Shown here: piece after piece, positions 9,383 to 18,878 of the stretch
Position numbering within the stretch: the first letter of the stretch is position 1
Layout of the letters: every line of letters starts with the position of its first letter
NCBI GenBank assembly: GCA_038227875.1
Contig: JBBRPR010000081.1
Location: 1 to 34,985 of the forward strand
DNA length: 34,985 nt
Direction: 5' to 3'
Source: Planctomycetota bacterium
Lineage (GTDB): Bacteria > Planctomycetota > SZUA-567 > H5-PLA8
Translations under genes and position numbers: made by a program
The notes under the pieces: generated by a model
Database searches by the model: none
What the model was told of the DNA's origin: nothing
What the model saw: only the letters and a program-made list of their open reading frames with translations

Positions 9383-11734
9383 ATGTCGTCGAATTGCCGC
9401 ATGCGCCTGGAAGCGCTCGATGCCTATCTCCACGGCATGCTCAACGAAACGCAGCAGCGTGAAATCACCGCGCATTTGCTGGTCTGCCCCGAGTGCAACA
9501 AGAACCTCTCCACGCTCGAAGCCGAAACCTACACGATCAGCAAAGGCCTGCGCAACGTTCCGACGCCCCCGATGAGCGTTTCGGCGCGGAGCCTCGTCGC
9601 ACGCTACGCCGACACCAAGCCCGGCGACGCGCCTTCGCCGTACATGTCGCTGGAATCCTCGCGCTCAATGCAGCCGGCGACAGCCTCGGCCAAACCGCCG
9701 CGTCAGCGCGGATACGTCTTTAAGAAGGTCGCCTCCGGCGCCGCCTCGGCCTGGCGCTTCGCGCATGAAAAGTCGCTCTTCAAAGTCGCGGGAATTACCT
9801 TTGCCGGCGGCCTGGCGCTCTGGTTTGCCGCAGCCACGGCCAAGCGTATCGAATCGATCAACCAGTCGCAGGCGGCGCAGACCGAGAAGGTTGCGGAGAT
9901 TCAGCGTTACCAGATCGAAATGCAGAAATCGTTCGACGCCACGTCGCGGGAGCTGCTGAAAAATAGCGTCGTCAAGGAAGCGATGCTGGCGCAGTTGCAA
10001 CTGCTGGAGGACCAGGAGAAGCGCAGCACCGAGATCGAGGACTTGAAAGCCAGGATCAAGGAGATGAGTTCCAAGAGCAACGAACTGGCTAACAACTCGA
10101 CCCGGCTGAGCGACGATCTGAAGCGGCAGCAAGAGAAGCTCGCCGAACTGCTCAAGAAACGCGATGAAGACAAAGCGCTGGCCGACAATATCAAAAAGCT
10201 GATCGACAAACCCGAAGAGCTCGCGGTGGCCGACGCGCTCCCGCCTGCACCGCTGCCCGGGCCCGCGATCCCCGCGGATGAAGTGGGCATGATCCGGCTG
10301 CTCTCCAATCCCGATCATGGCGTCGCGTGGGACAACAAAGATGGCACGATGACCGGCGCGCTGATGGACAAGGATCAGGCCGTCGGCTGGACCATCAGCC
10401 TGAGCAATCTGGGCGGCCCGTCCGGCGTGGAAGATGCGGCGGCCGAGCGCCTTGCTGCGGCGGCTGGCGTGGAAGTCCCGCGTTTTGTCGGCGCGGCGGC
10501 GGCCAACGGACGCGTCTTTGTCGGCAACGGCTCGGCTGAAAAAAATCTCGTCGCCTTCGATGGCGCCAGCGGCAAGATGCTCTGGTCGGTCCGCACGCCG
10601 GAAAGCGGCGGCGGCGCTCCGGTGATCGCCGACGACGGCCGCACGGTCTTCTTCGCTGAAAACACGTCGGTCCGCGCGATCAACGTCTCCAACGGCGTTC
10701 AAAATTGGAACCGCCCGATGGGCGGCATGGTGCTGACTCAGCCGGCCATCGACGCCCACCACATGTACATCGTCCACGCCTCGTCGCGCAACAGTCCTCC
10801 GGGCGTCGGCGATCCGAAATTTCCATTCAGCATCACCTGCCTCCACACCGACGGCGGCAACGTGGTCTGGACCAAGGGCCTGACCGCTGATGCGATCTCC
10901 GCGCCCGTGATCGATGGCGGCAAGGTTTTTGTCTCGACCCGCGACGGCCAAGTCTCGATTTTCGATTCGCATGGCAACACCCTGCCCAACTACCAGGCCA
11001 ACGTGACCAGCGCGCCGGTGGTCTACAGCGGCGCGATGTACTTCTCCGCGTGGAACTCGAATCCGCATTTCGGCTTTGAAGAAACGCTCTGCTCGCTGGG
11101 CGTCGAATCGCAGGCCCGCGGCGTTGAACGTCTGGCCGGCCCCTTTCCCGCGCCGTACTTTTTAAGCGCCCCGGTGATCGTCGCCGAACCCACCTCCGAC
11201 AACAGCGGACGCGTGAACACCAAAGTCGTCGCAGTGCCGCGCGAAGAACAATCCACGCCGACGTTGCGCGGCGCGTCGAGCTACTACGGCGCGCGTCCGA
11301 CAATCGTCGATCAGACCGCGTACATCGTGCTCGGCGATCACCTGGTCAGTTGGGATTTGAAACAGGCCAAACAACTCTGGTCGGTGAAGATCGTGGGCCG
11401 TTCCGATAGCCCATCGCGCGCCCGCGACGGCCAGCCGCCGCTCACGCCGCCATCGTACGCCAACGGCCGGCTGTACCTCGGCAGCGTCTGGGGCGATGTG
11501 CTCTGCGTCGATGCGTTGACCGGCACCATCAAGTGGCGCTTCCGCCTGCCCGGCGCGCAGAGTGTGGCCTCACAAGTGGTGCTCGATCAGGGCCGCGCCT
11601 ACACGACGACGTCGAAAGGCCTGTTGGTCTGTATCGATGCCGGCGACCCGAACGCCACCGGTTGGACGACCTGGGGCGGCTCGCCAAGCCACAACGGACA
11701 ATCGACCACGAAGTGGCTGCATAAGAACGATTAG
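9383..11734 (+). CDS. Putative anti-sigma factor: zf-HC2, TM helix, coiled coil, PQQ-like (BamB-type) beta-propeller
   Basis: HLLVCPEC (HxxxCxxC); hydrophobic segment; heptad-rich region; repeated AFDGASGKMLW / CVDALTGTIKW blades; starts immediately after the sigma stop. Confidence 0.82.
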   Translation: MSSNCRMRLEALDAYLHGMLNETQQREITAHLLVCPECNKNLSTLEAETYTISKGLRNVPTPPMSVSARSLVARYADTKPGDAPSPYMSLESSRSMQPATASAKPPRQRGYVFKKVASGAASAWRFAHEKSLFKVAGITFAGGLALWFAAATAKRIESINQSQAAQTEKVAEIQRYQIEMQKSFDATSRELLKNSVVKEAMLAQLQLLEDQEKRSTEIEDLKARIKEMSSKSNELANNSTRLSDDLKRQQEKLAELLKKRDEDKALADNIKKLIDKPEELAVADALPPAPLPGPAIPADEVGMIRLLSNPDHGVAWDNKDGTMTGALMDKDQAVGWTISLSNLGGPSGVEDAAAERLAAAAGVEVPRFVGAAAANGRVFVGNGSAEKNLVAFDGASGKMLWSVRTPESGGGAPVIADDGRTVFFAENTSVRAINVSNGVQNWNRPMGGMVLTQPAIDAHHMYIVHASSRNSPPGVGDPKFPFSITCLHTDGGNVVWTKGLTADAISAPVIDGGKVFVSTRDGQVSIFDSHGNTLPNYQANVTSAPVVYSGAMYFSAWNSNPHFGFEETLCSLGVESQARGVERLAGPFPAPYFLSAPVIVAEPTSDNSGRVNTKVVAVPREEQSTPTLRGASSYYGARPTIVDQTAYIVLGDHLVSWDLKQAKQLWSVKIVGRSDSPSRARDGQPPLTPPSYANGRLYLGSVWGDVLCVDALTGTIKWRFRLPGAQSVASQVVLDQGRAYTTTSKGLLVCIDAGDPNATGWTTWGGSPSHNGQSTTKWLHKND

Positions 11735-11795
11735 CTTCGTCGGACAGAGCCCGCACAAACCCAATCGCATTTTTCGGCAGTCGATATTTCGAACT

Positions 11796-14084
11796 TCACA
11801 ACAGCGCGCGAATCTCATCGTTCGCCGCCGTCAGGCGCGTGCAGAGCAGCTTCACGATGAAATTGTGAAATTCGATCGCCGCCGTCGGGTCCGTCGTCGC
11901 CATCTTCTGCAATTTTTCGGAGCTGAGCTTTCTCACACGGCAGGGCGTGTCGCTGACGACATCCGCCGAGCGCGGTTGCTGGCTGAAGAGCGCCATCTCG
12001 CCGACCACCGTCCCGGGGCCGAACGTGCGCAGGCGCTTCACGCGGCCGGCTTCCAGTTTCAGCAGCACGGACAGCTCGCCGCGTTCGATGAAGTACAGCG
12101 CGTCGCCGGGGTCGCCTTTTTTAAACAGCGTCGTGTTGGCTTCGAGCTTCATCGTCTCGCAGTAGTTCAGCAACGTGTCCAGATTGTTGCCCGTGAAATG
12201 TCGCGCGAGCATGCGGCGCAGGTCCAGCTCGGCGAAACTGGCCGTGTCGAGACTGGCCGTGGAGCGCGTGCGAATCTCTTCGGCGATTTCTTTCAAGCCC
12301 ACGCTCGGCCCGCTGAGCAGCACGTTTTCAATGAACTCCAGGCCGTGATCGAGATCGGAGAAGACCATCAGGTCCGGCTTGGGCAGGAATTTGGTCTGCC
12401 GCAGGACCTTTTCCACGTCGTCGCTGATGCCGGTGAAGACCAGCCGCGCCTTGTAGCGCGCGCAGATCTGTTCGAGCTTGGTGAAGCTGAAAACGGCCGA
12501 GGCGTCGAGCCCCTGGACCATGCGGAAATCGAGCAGCACATACTGCAGCTTCTCGCGTTCAATCGCTTCGCGCGCTGCGCCGACGATGGCGCTGGAGGTG
12601 CCGAAAAAGATGAATCCCTGCAGCGTCATCGCGCGCGCGACTTTGCCGCGGACGCGCAGCCGCTCAACTTCCTCAATGGGGCGTTCCTTGTTCGAAAAAT
12701 AGGTGTCGGCGGAAAAATTGTTCTTCACGCAGGTCGTGCGGCTGTAGCTGTAGACGAAAATCACGCCCGCGACGAGCAGCCCGAACGCGATGCCGGGAAT
12801 CAACCCCTGCACCGCAATCTGCAGCATGATCGTGGCGACCAGGAGGTACTCGGTCAGCGGCAACTTGAAGGCCATCTCCCAGATCCATTCGCGGATCATC
12901 GATAGCCCCAGGAAAAAGAGCAGTCCGGCCAGTACCGGGCGCGGCAGGTAACTGATCGCCGCCGTAAACACGAACGCCGTGCCAAACGCCAGCACCGCCG
13001 TCCAGATGCCTGCCAGGCGCGACGTCGCGCCGGCCTTGAAATTCAGCATGCTCCGGCTGATCGAAAGGTAGCCGATCATCCCGCCCAGCAGGCCCGAGAG
13101 AATATTGGCGATGCCGCTGACGCGCAGTTCCTTGTCGACGTGGACGTCGCTTTGCGTCGCCAGATCCAGCCCGGTCATGTTGAGCAGAATCGTGATCATC
13201 ACGACGATGGTCATGGCGATGAACGTCTGCCACTGCGAGAGCAGCACATTCCAGCGCACCCAGTTGAACGCGTTGTATGGAGTCAACCCCGAAGCCGGAT
13301 CGTCGATGGCCGGCGCGTGCAGTTTGCTCAGCGCCGGAAAGAGCAGCCCACTCTCGCGCGCGCCGGAGATGCTCAACCCCGCCAGATGCAGTCCGCCATA
13401 GAACAGCAGAATTCCGCCGATGATCACGCCGGGCATGATCAGGTAATGTTTGTAAATGCGCGGCAGGACCAGCAGCCCTGCGGCCACGCAGAATGTCACC
13501 AGCCAACCGGCGGGATGAACGTGCGGGAGATGGCGCAACGTCGCCCACGTCATTGACTCGCCCGTGAGCACCTTGAACGCGCCGCCGACAACGAGATACC
13601 CGGTGCCGGCGAGGAATCCGCCCAGCACGGAATACGGCAGAAAGCGGATCAACCGCCCGCCGCCGATCAAGCCCAGCACCAGCACGAGCAGCCCGGTGAG
13701 AATGGCGCTGAGCGTCAGCATCACCAGCACCGTCGCGCCAATTTCGCGCGGCGAAGCGCCGACCTTGACCAGGCTGTCGGTGATCGAGGCGCTCATCACC
13801 GCCAGAATGGCCGTGGCGTTGGAGTCCGGACCGGCGAGCGCGAACTTGAACGAACTACCCAGCGCCACAACCAGCGCGATCACCCACGCCGCCATCAGCG
13901 CGCAATGGAGCCCGACGGGCACGAACGGCTGCAACTCTTTGCCGCTGAAAATCAGCGCGCCATAGCTGACCGAATAACTCAGCGTGACCAGCGCGGAGAG
14001 CGTCCCGGCTATCAGATTCGGCGACAGGTTCGCGCGCCATTCCTGCGCGGGCTTGCCCGTGGTTCTGATCGATAGATGATCCAT
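11796..14084 (-). CDS. SulP (SLC26) anion transporter with STAS and cNMP-binding domains
   Basis: Many TM helices with GPD and RFLPYSVLGGFLAG; STAS (LQGFIFFGT, LLDFRMVQGLDASA); cNMP domain (LFKKGDPGDALYFIERG, VGEMAL...PRSADV). Confidence 0.9.
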   Translation of the reverse strand: MDHLSIRTTGKPAQEWRANLSPNLIAGTLSALVTLSYSVSYGALIFSGKELQPFVPVGLHCALMAAWVIALVVALGSSFKFALAGPDSNATAILAVMSASITDSLVKVGASPREIGATVLVMLTLSAILTGLLVLVLGLIGGGRLIRFLPYSVLGGFLAGTGYLVVGGAFKVLTGESMTWATLRHLPHVHPAGWLVTFCVAAGLLVLPRIYKHYLIMPGVIIGGILLFYGGLHLAGLSISGARESGLLFPALSKLHAPAIDDPASGLTPYNAFNWVRWNVLLSQWQTFIAMTIVVMITILLNMTGLDLATQSDVHVDKELRVSGIANILSGLLGGMIGYLSISRSMLNFKAGATSRLAGIWTAVLAFGTAFVFTAAISYLPRPVLAGLLFFLGLSMIREWIWEMAFKLPLTEYLLVATIMLQIAVQGLIPGIAFGLLVAGVIFVYSYSRTTCVKNNFSADTYFSNKERPIEEVERLRVRGKVARAMTLQGFIFFGTSSAIVGAAREAIEREKLQYVLLDFRMVQGLDASAVFSFTKLEQICARYKARLVFTGISDDVEKVLRQTKFLPKPDLMVFSDLDHGLEFIENVLLSGPSVGLKEIAEEIRTRSTASLDTASFAELDLRRMLARHFTGNNLDTLLNYCETMKLEANTTLFKKGDPGDALYFIERGELSVLLKLEAGRVKRLRTFGPGTVVGEMALFSQQPRSADVVSDTPCRVRKLSSEKLQKMATTDPTAAIEFHNFIVKLLCTRLTAANDEIRALL

Positions 14085-14168
14085 AGAGTTTTGGAAGTAT
14101 ACGAAGTCGGTCCGTGAATTCAGCTATTTAATGCAGGTGCGTGCTGCTCCCGAGAACGACACTGTTGC

Positions 14169-14361
14169 TTTTTGCGCGCTTGAAAATGGTGCCACGGATG
14201 CGCGGATTTCTGAGCGTAGCGAAGAAATGCGTTCATCCGTGCCATAGAACTCGCGAGTCCGTCGGTCCGCGAGACCTCACGTCCGCACGGATGAACAGTC
14301 GCTTTCGCTACGCTCAAGCGTCTGCGCATCCGTGGCACCAATCGCCCCGACCGCGCAAAAA
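14169..14361. repeat. REPIN-like element: two inverted ~56-bp palindromic units
   Basis: TGGTGCCACGGATGCGC (14187-14203) and its complement (14324-14340); each unit has CACGGATG...TGAGCGTAGCGAA...GTTCATCCGTG; outer 10-bp IR TTTTTGCGCG/CGCGCAAAAA. Confidence 0.8.
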
Positions 14362-14369
14362 CGAAACGC

Positions 14370-15113
14370 TTATTCCGTGCGCCCACCCATCCCTGACCCC
14401 TCGCGCGACAGCGCGCTCTCGACGGAGACGATGCGCCCGTCGAGCATCTTCGCGATGCGGTCGCCGAATTTGAAGATGCGGTTGTCGTGCGTCACCACGA
14501 TCACGCAACGCTGGGCGTCGAGCGCCGTGGCGCGCAGGCTTTCCATTACCTTCAGGCCGGTGTCGCCGTCCAGCGCCGCGGTCGGTTCGTCGCAGATCAG
14601 GAGTCTTGGCGCGGAGACCAGCGCACGGGCGATGGCGACGCGCTGCTGCTCGCCGCCGGAAAGCGTAGAGGGCATCGCCGCCGTGCGGTGGCCGAGACCC
14701 ACGCGCTCGAGCATCTGCTCCGCCTGCTTCACCGCATCCTGGCGCGCGTGGCCTTTGATCAGCAGCGGCACGGCGGCGTTTTCCGCCGCGGTGAGAGTGG
14801 GGATCAGGTTGAACTGTTGAAAGATGAAGCCGATGTTGCCCTTGCGGAATTCCGTCTTCTGCGCGGAACTTAATGTATTGAGCTGCGAGCCGAGCACGTC
14901 GATTGATCCGGCGTCGGCGTCGAGCAGGCCGGCCAGCAGGCACAGCAGCGTCGTCTTGCCGCAGCCGGACGGTCCAACCAGCAGCAGGATCTCGCCGTTG
15001 AACGCGTCGAGTTCGATGCCGTGAAGCACGTCCACGCGCGTCGAGCCGCTGCCGAAGGCTTTCTTGACGCCGCGAGCGGAGACAGCGGGTTGCGTATCGC
15101 GGGATGCAGGCAT
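14370..15113 (-). CDS. ABC transporter ATP-binding protein (LolD/MacB/DevA-like)
   Basis: GPSGCGKTT, IGFIFQQFNLIPTLTAAEN, LSGGEQQRVAIARAL, CDEPTAALD, VTHD; likely start MPASRDTQ at 15113. Confidence 0.92.
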   Translation of the reverse strand: MPASRDTQPAVSARGVKKAFGSGSTRVDVLHGIELDAFNGEILLLVGPSGCGKTTLLCLLAGLLDADAGSIDVLGSQLNTLSSAQKTEFRKGNIGFIFQQFNLIPTLTAAENAAVPLLIKGHARQDAVKQAEQMLERVGLGHRTAAMPSTLSGGEQQRVAIARALVSAPRLLICDEPTAALDGDTGLKVMESLRATALDAQRCVIVVTHDNRIFKFGDRIAKMLDGRIVSVESALSREGSGMGGRTE

Positions 15114-15236
15114 GATCAAAATTAAACTTATGGCAACGGTAGGAATTAAAAATTCAAAATTCAAAATTAAAAAACGCACGCGAATGGGTATGGTTTCCGT
15201 AATGAACACTGGCGTTCCAACGGAGAGAAATTGAGC

Positions 15237-15905
15237 ATGCGATACGTTGTTGGCCTGATGACGGTCATGGTTTTGTCTACGGCCTCCGCTGCGGACGCCA
15301 AGCCGAAGACCTACCTGGCGCTGGGCGATTCGTACACGATAGGGCAAAGCGTCGACGAAGCCGAACGCTTCCCGGTGCAGCTGGCAAAGTTGCTGACGAA
15401 GGATGGCATCGTCGTCGCCGATCCTCAGATCATTGCGCGCACCGGATGGACGACCGATGAACTGAGCGACGGCATCGCCACGGTTGCGCCGAAAGGGCCG
15501 TTCGATCTCGTCTCGCTGCTGATCGGCGTGAACAACCAGTTCCGCGGGCGGTCTCAGGACGAGTACAAGACGCAGTTCGACGCGCTGCTGAAGCAGGCCA
15601 TCGCGTTCGCCGGCGGAGACGCCAGCCACGTCATCGTCTTCTCCATTCCCGACTGGGGCGTGACGCCGTTCGCGAAACAGTATGACTCTGCAAAGGTCGC
15701 CAGGGAGATCGACAGTTTCAACGCGATCAACAAACAGGCCGCGGAAAAGGCCGGCGCGAAGTACGTCGACATCACGCCCGTCTCGCGCAAAGCGTCCACC
15801 GACACCACGCTCGTCGCCCGCGACGGCCTGCATCCGTCCGGGACCATGTACGCCGAATGGAGCAAGCTGGCGCTCGAAGGCGCGAAGGCTGCACTGAGCA
15901 AATAG
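15237..15905 (+). CDS. Secreted SGNH/GDSL hydrolase
   Basis: Signal peptide; YLALGDSYTIG, IGVNN, DGLHPS blocks. Confidence 0.92.
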   Translation: MRYVVGLMTVMVLSTASAADAKPKTYLALGDSYTIGQSVDEAERFPVQLAKLLTKDGIVVADPQIIARTGWTTDELSDGIATVAPKGPFDLVSLLIGVNNQFRGRSQDEYKTQFDALLKQAIAFAGGDASHVIVFSIPDWGVTPFAKQYDSAKVAREIDSFNAINKQAAEKAGAKYVDITPVSRKASTDTTLVARDGLHPSGTMYAEWSKLALEGAKAALSK

Positions 15906-16047
15906 CGTCGCGCATACCCCCCCGATAATTTTCCGGAGGGTCCACTGCACATGTATGATTTCATTTTTATCTACACACACGCGCGATAGCCTTTTCCACG
16001 AACATATTTGACATGCCTTCAGCAGCAGAAACATAAAAGGAGGTCTT

Positions 16048-17844
16048 ATGATTTATGTCGGCCGGCGTTACACCTCGCGCGTCAGCGGATCGGTGCTGAA
16101 AGGCGCCTACTGCGAAAATTGTGAGTGCGAATACCTCTATAAGATGGTGCGCACGGCGGAAGGGCAGGGGAGCAGCCCGTACTATCTCGATAACGCCGGC
16201 GCCGAGCGTCGTGCGCAGGAATCCGCGATCAACTCGCTGACCGCCGCGCTGAAGGGCGTCGACGCCGTGCCGTGTCCGGACTGCGGCTGGTACCAGAAAA
16301 ACATGCTCTGGAAAATGGGCGGCTCCTACGGCTGGTTGATCGCGATGTGGGTCATTGGCGCCTTCGCCACATTCATTTGTTATCAAAACGGACTTGCGCC
16401 ATTTCTCTACTCCGCATCAATTACGATTTTCTTTTTTGCGCTGTGGCGAATTCTGAAGTCGAGTTTCAACCCCAATCTCAAAGCCGCATCGCGGGTCAAG
16501 AACCGGCCGCGTGGCGTTCCCGAAGCCATCCTCCGTTCCGTGCTCGAACCTCAACTGCCGCAGTTGGAAGAAGGTGCGCAGGGCGCGCTGCGGCGGGCGT
16601 TTGACGAGATCGATGCCGCCAAGGCCAAGCTCGCCAACACCATCAAGCCTTCGCCGATGGATCCTGGCGTTCAGGAGATGGCCGAAGCCGACCGCAAGCG
16701 CCGCATGCTCCTGCAGTTCGGCGCGCTGGCGCTGTTCATGGTCGCGGCGTTTCTCGTCATCGGTCCATTTACCGCACGCAAGGCGGAAAGCGACGCGTAC
16801 GCCAAGGCCACGGTCTCGAAGTCCAACATGTATGCCATCGAATCGTACCTCCGCGACTATCCCGCGGGCCCGCACGCGCAGGAGCTGCGCGAGGCGCGGG
16901 ACGATCTGCGTTTCGAATTGGCCTCCGTCGCAGCCCGCTCTTCCAAGTCGCCGCAGAGTTTGCGCGACTACCTGGCCTCCAAAGAAAACACGCGGCACCG
17001 CGACGAAGCCACACAGCTCCGCCGCGAGATGTACCTCGCCGCCGTCGCGAAGGTTGAAAATCTGCCGCATTCGGAAGCGTACGACGCGGCGTTTGCCGGC
17101 GGCATTGTCGCGGCGCTGAAGTCACAGGTAGATGTGGACGCCCCGGTGATTCCCATCGCCGTGGTGCCGACGTATGTCTTTGAACCGCGGACTGCGGAAC
17201 ACAAAGAGATGGAAATCAAGATGAAGCAATTCATCATCAACAAGTACCCCGACGTGCAAAAACTGATTGAAGAACAACCGGCGAGCAACCACATCATCGA
17301 GCCGGGTGAACTCAACGCGCCGCAGGTGGAGGCCACGCGCCTGGCGTTTATCGTCAGCCGCATTCAAGAGATGATCAACCAAGCCGCGGGCTGCCAATTG
17401 GCAGCCGTCAATCTGCAACCGAAATCGGACAAGGCGGCTGTCACACCGGCGCTGATTGAATTTACGTACCGCGTCCGGCCGTATGGCGGCTTGAATGCGT
17501 TTACCTTCACCAACGAAAATCCGCGGCCGTGGAATGCGCCGGGACATCTGAAGTCGGAAGATCCGAAGGTGCGTTTGGCCGGCTTTGTCCGAAATTACCT
17601 GGTCGAGTGGGGCGTCAGATTCAACGTTCCCAATTTCGTTCAGCCTGGACCGGTCAACTGGTCCTGCGCGCCGGAGGACGAATTCGAATTCCGTTCGTCG
17701 TCGCAGCAGGATCATGCCGACTGGCAGATTTACGCCGGGATGCTGCATCACGCGACGTACCGCGCCGGTCAGATCATGTTTACCAAGCTCGGTCTGCCCG
17801 AGCCCACCATTCCCAAGACGTATGGCGTCAACGGACCCCAATGA
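16048..17844 (+). CDS. Hypothetical membrane protein with N-terminal CxxC...CxxC motifs
   Basis: AAGGAGG RBS; CENC and CPDC pairs, three hydrophobic segments, YLRDYPAGPHA-type helical repeats. Confidence 0.75.
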   Translation: MIYVGRRYTSRVSGSVLKGAYCENCECEYLYKMVRTAEGQGSSPYYLDNAGAERRAQESAINSLTAALKGVDAVPCPDCGWYQKNMLWKMGGSYGWLIAMWVIGAFATFICYQNGLAPFLYSASITIFFFALWRILKSSFNPNLKAASRVKNRPRGVPEAILRSVLEPQLPQLEEGAQGALRRAFDEIDAAKAKLANTIKPSPMDPGVQEMAEADRKRRMLLQFGALALFMVAAFLVIGPFTARKAESDAYAKATVSKSNMYAIESYLRDYPAGPHAQELREARDDLRFELASVAARSSKSPQSLRDYLASKENTRHRDEATQLRREMYLAAVAKVENLPHSEAYDAAFAGGIVAALKSQVDVDAPVIPIAVVPTYVFEPRTAEHKEMEIKMKQFIINKYPDVQKLIEEQPASNHIIEPGELNAPQVEATRLAFIVSRIQEMINQAAGCQLAAVNLQPKSDKAAVTPALIEFTYRVRPYGGLNAFTFTNENPRPWNAPGHLKSEDPKVRLAGFVRNYLVEWGVRFNVPNFVQPGPVNWSCAPEDEFEFRSSSQQDHADWQIYAGMLHHATYRAGQIMFTKLGLPEPTIPKTYGVNGPQ

Positions 17845-17847
17845 TTC

Positions 17848-18144
17848 ATGTGGATTCTCGTGCTGCGCGTCGATCTGCTCGTGCCCGGTTCCCGCTCGTT
17901 GAAGGATCGTCGCCAGGCGGTGCGCAGTCTGAAGGAGCGGCTGCGCAACAAGTTCGACGTCGCCTGCGCGGAAGTCGGCGATCTGGAAAGCTGGAATCGC
18001 GCCTCGCTGGGCATCAGCGCCGTCTCTAACGAGAAGGCGCTGCTCCAGGACATCGCTGACGAGATTTCGCGCTACGCGCAGAACGACCCCAACGTCCAGG
18101 TCTCGGGCGTCGAGCGGGACTATTTGAACTATGGGCAAGAGTGA
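17848..18144 (+). CDS. ylxP: DUF503 family protein
   Basis: PGSRSLKDRRQAVRSLKERLRNKFDVACAEVGDLESW is typical of DUF503/YlxP. Confidence 0.88.
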   Translation: MWILVLRVDLLVPGSRSLKDRRQAVRSLKERLRNKFDVACAEVGDLESWNRASLGISAVSNEKALLQDIADEISRYAQNDPNVQVSGVERDYLNYGQE

Positions 18145-18160
18145 TGTTGTACTTCTTACT

Positions 18161-18178
18161 TATGGCCAATTGGCCATA
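18161..18178. promoter_or_regulatory. Perfect 18-bp palindrome, possible operator
   Basis: TATGGCCAATTGGCCATA, followed 2 bp later by TTGACT. Confidence 0.35.
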
Positions 18179-18317
18179 TGTTGACTTTTAACCACGCCTG
18201 CTTTTCTTCAAGAATCAGCGTCACGAGCTCTGCCCTCGCCCGTATCCCCTGCTGAATACTGAATAGGGTGAAATGGAAAGTTGGGGGCGTTCACGGTTGG
18301 ATTCCAGTGCTATAGTC

Positions 18318-18878
18318 ATGGGCGTGCGCGACGCGTCCCATACAGACTCCGAAGACTTCCGCGACTTCTCTCGAGATCGCGATTCGGTCGCGATTTCCGC
18401 AGCGGAGTTGGAAGCCGTGCGCCCCTTCATGCTCCGTTCGGCCGGCGTGATTTTGCGCCGCCCGGAAGATGTGGAAGACGCCGTGCAGGAAGCGTTTTTG
18501 CGCATCCTGCGGAGCAACACGCGCGTCGACTCTGCCCGCGGATCGCTGGCCGCGTTTGCGGGAACCACGGTGCGGCGCGTGGCGCTGGATATGCTCGCGC
18601 GGCGCAAACCGGCCTTGGGCAACGCCGCCGATCTTGCCGCACCGATGCCGGAGCCGGATGCCGAACGGCTTGACGCAGCGCACACGAAAGACCGGCTGCG
18701 CGCGGCCGTCGACGCGCTTCCCGATGCGCAGCGCACCGCATTTTTGCTCGTCCACCAGGAAGGTCTTTCGCACGAGGACGTGGCGCGCGAACTCCGCATT
18801 TCGCAGGAAAGTCTGCGGGCTCGGTTGTTTGGCGCGCGCTGCCAGTTGCGCCATTCGCTAAAGGATCTACGCCCATGA
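18318..18878 (+). CDS. ECF-family RNA polymerase sigma factor
   Basis: EDVEDAVQEAFLR; LPDAQRTAFLLVHQEGLSHEDVARELRIS...LRARLFGAR. Start uncertain (18273 or 18318). Confidence 0.88.
   Translation: MGVRDASHTDSEDFRDFSRDRDSVAISAAELEAVRPFMLRSAGVILRRPEDVEDAVQEAFLRILRSNTRVDSARGSLAAFAGTTVRRVALDMLARRKPALGNAADLAAPMPEPDAERLDAAHTKDRLRAAVDALPDAQRTAFLLVHQEGLSHEDVARELRISQESLRARLFGARCQLRHSLKDLRP

Noticed and set aside
15114..16034. Long N-terminal extension of the ABC ATPase ORF 14370..16034
   Set aside because: Antisense to the SGNH hydrolase and runs through a heptamer repeat; the real start is near 15113.
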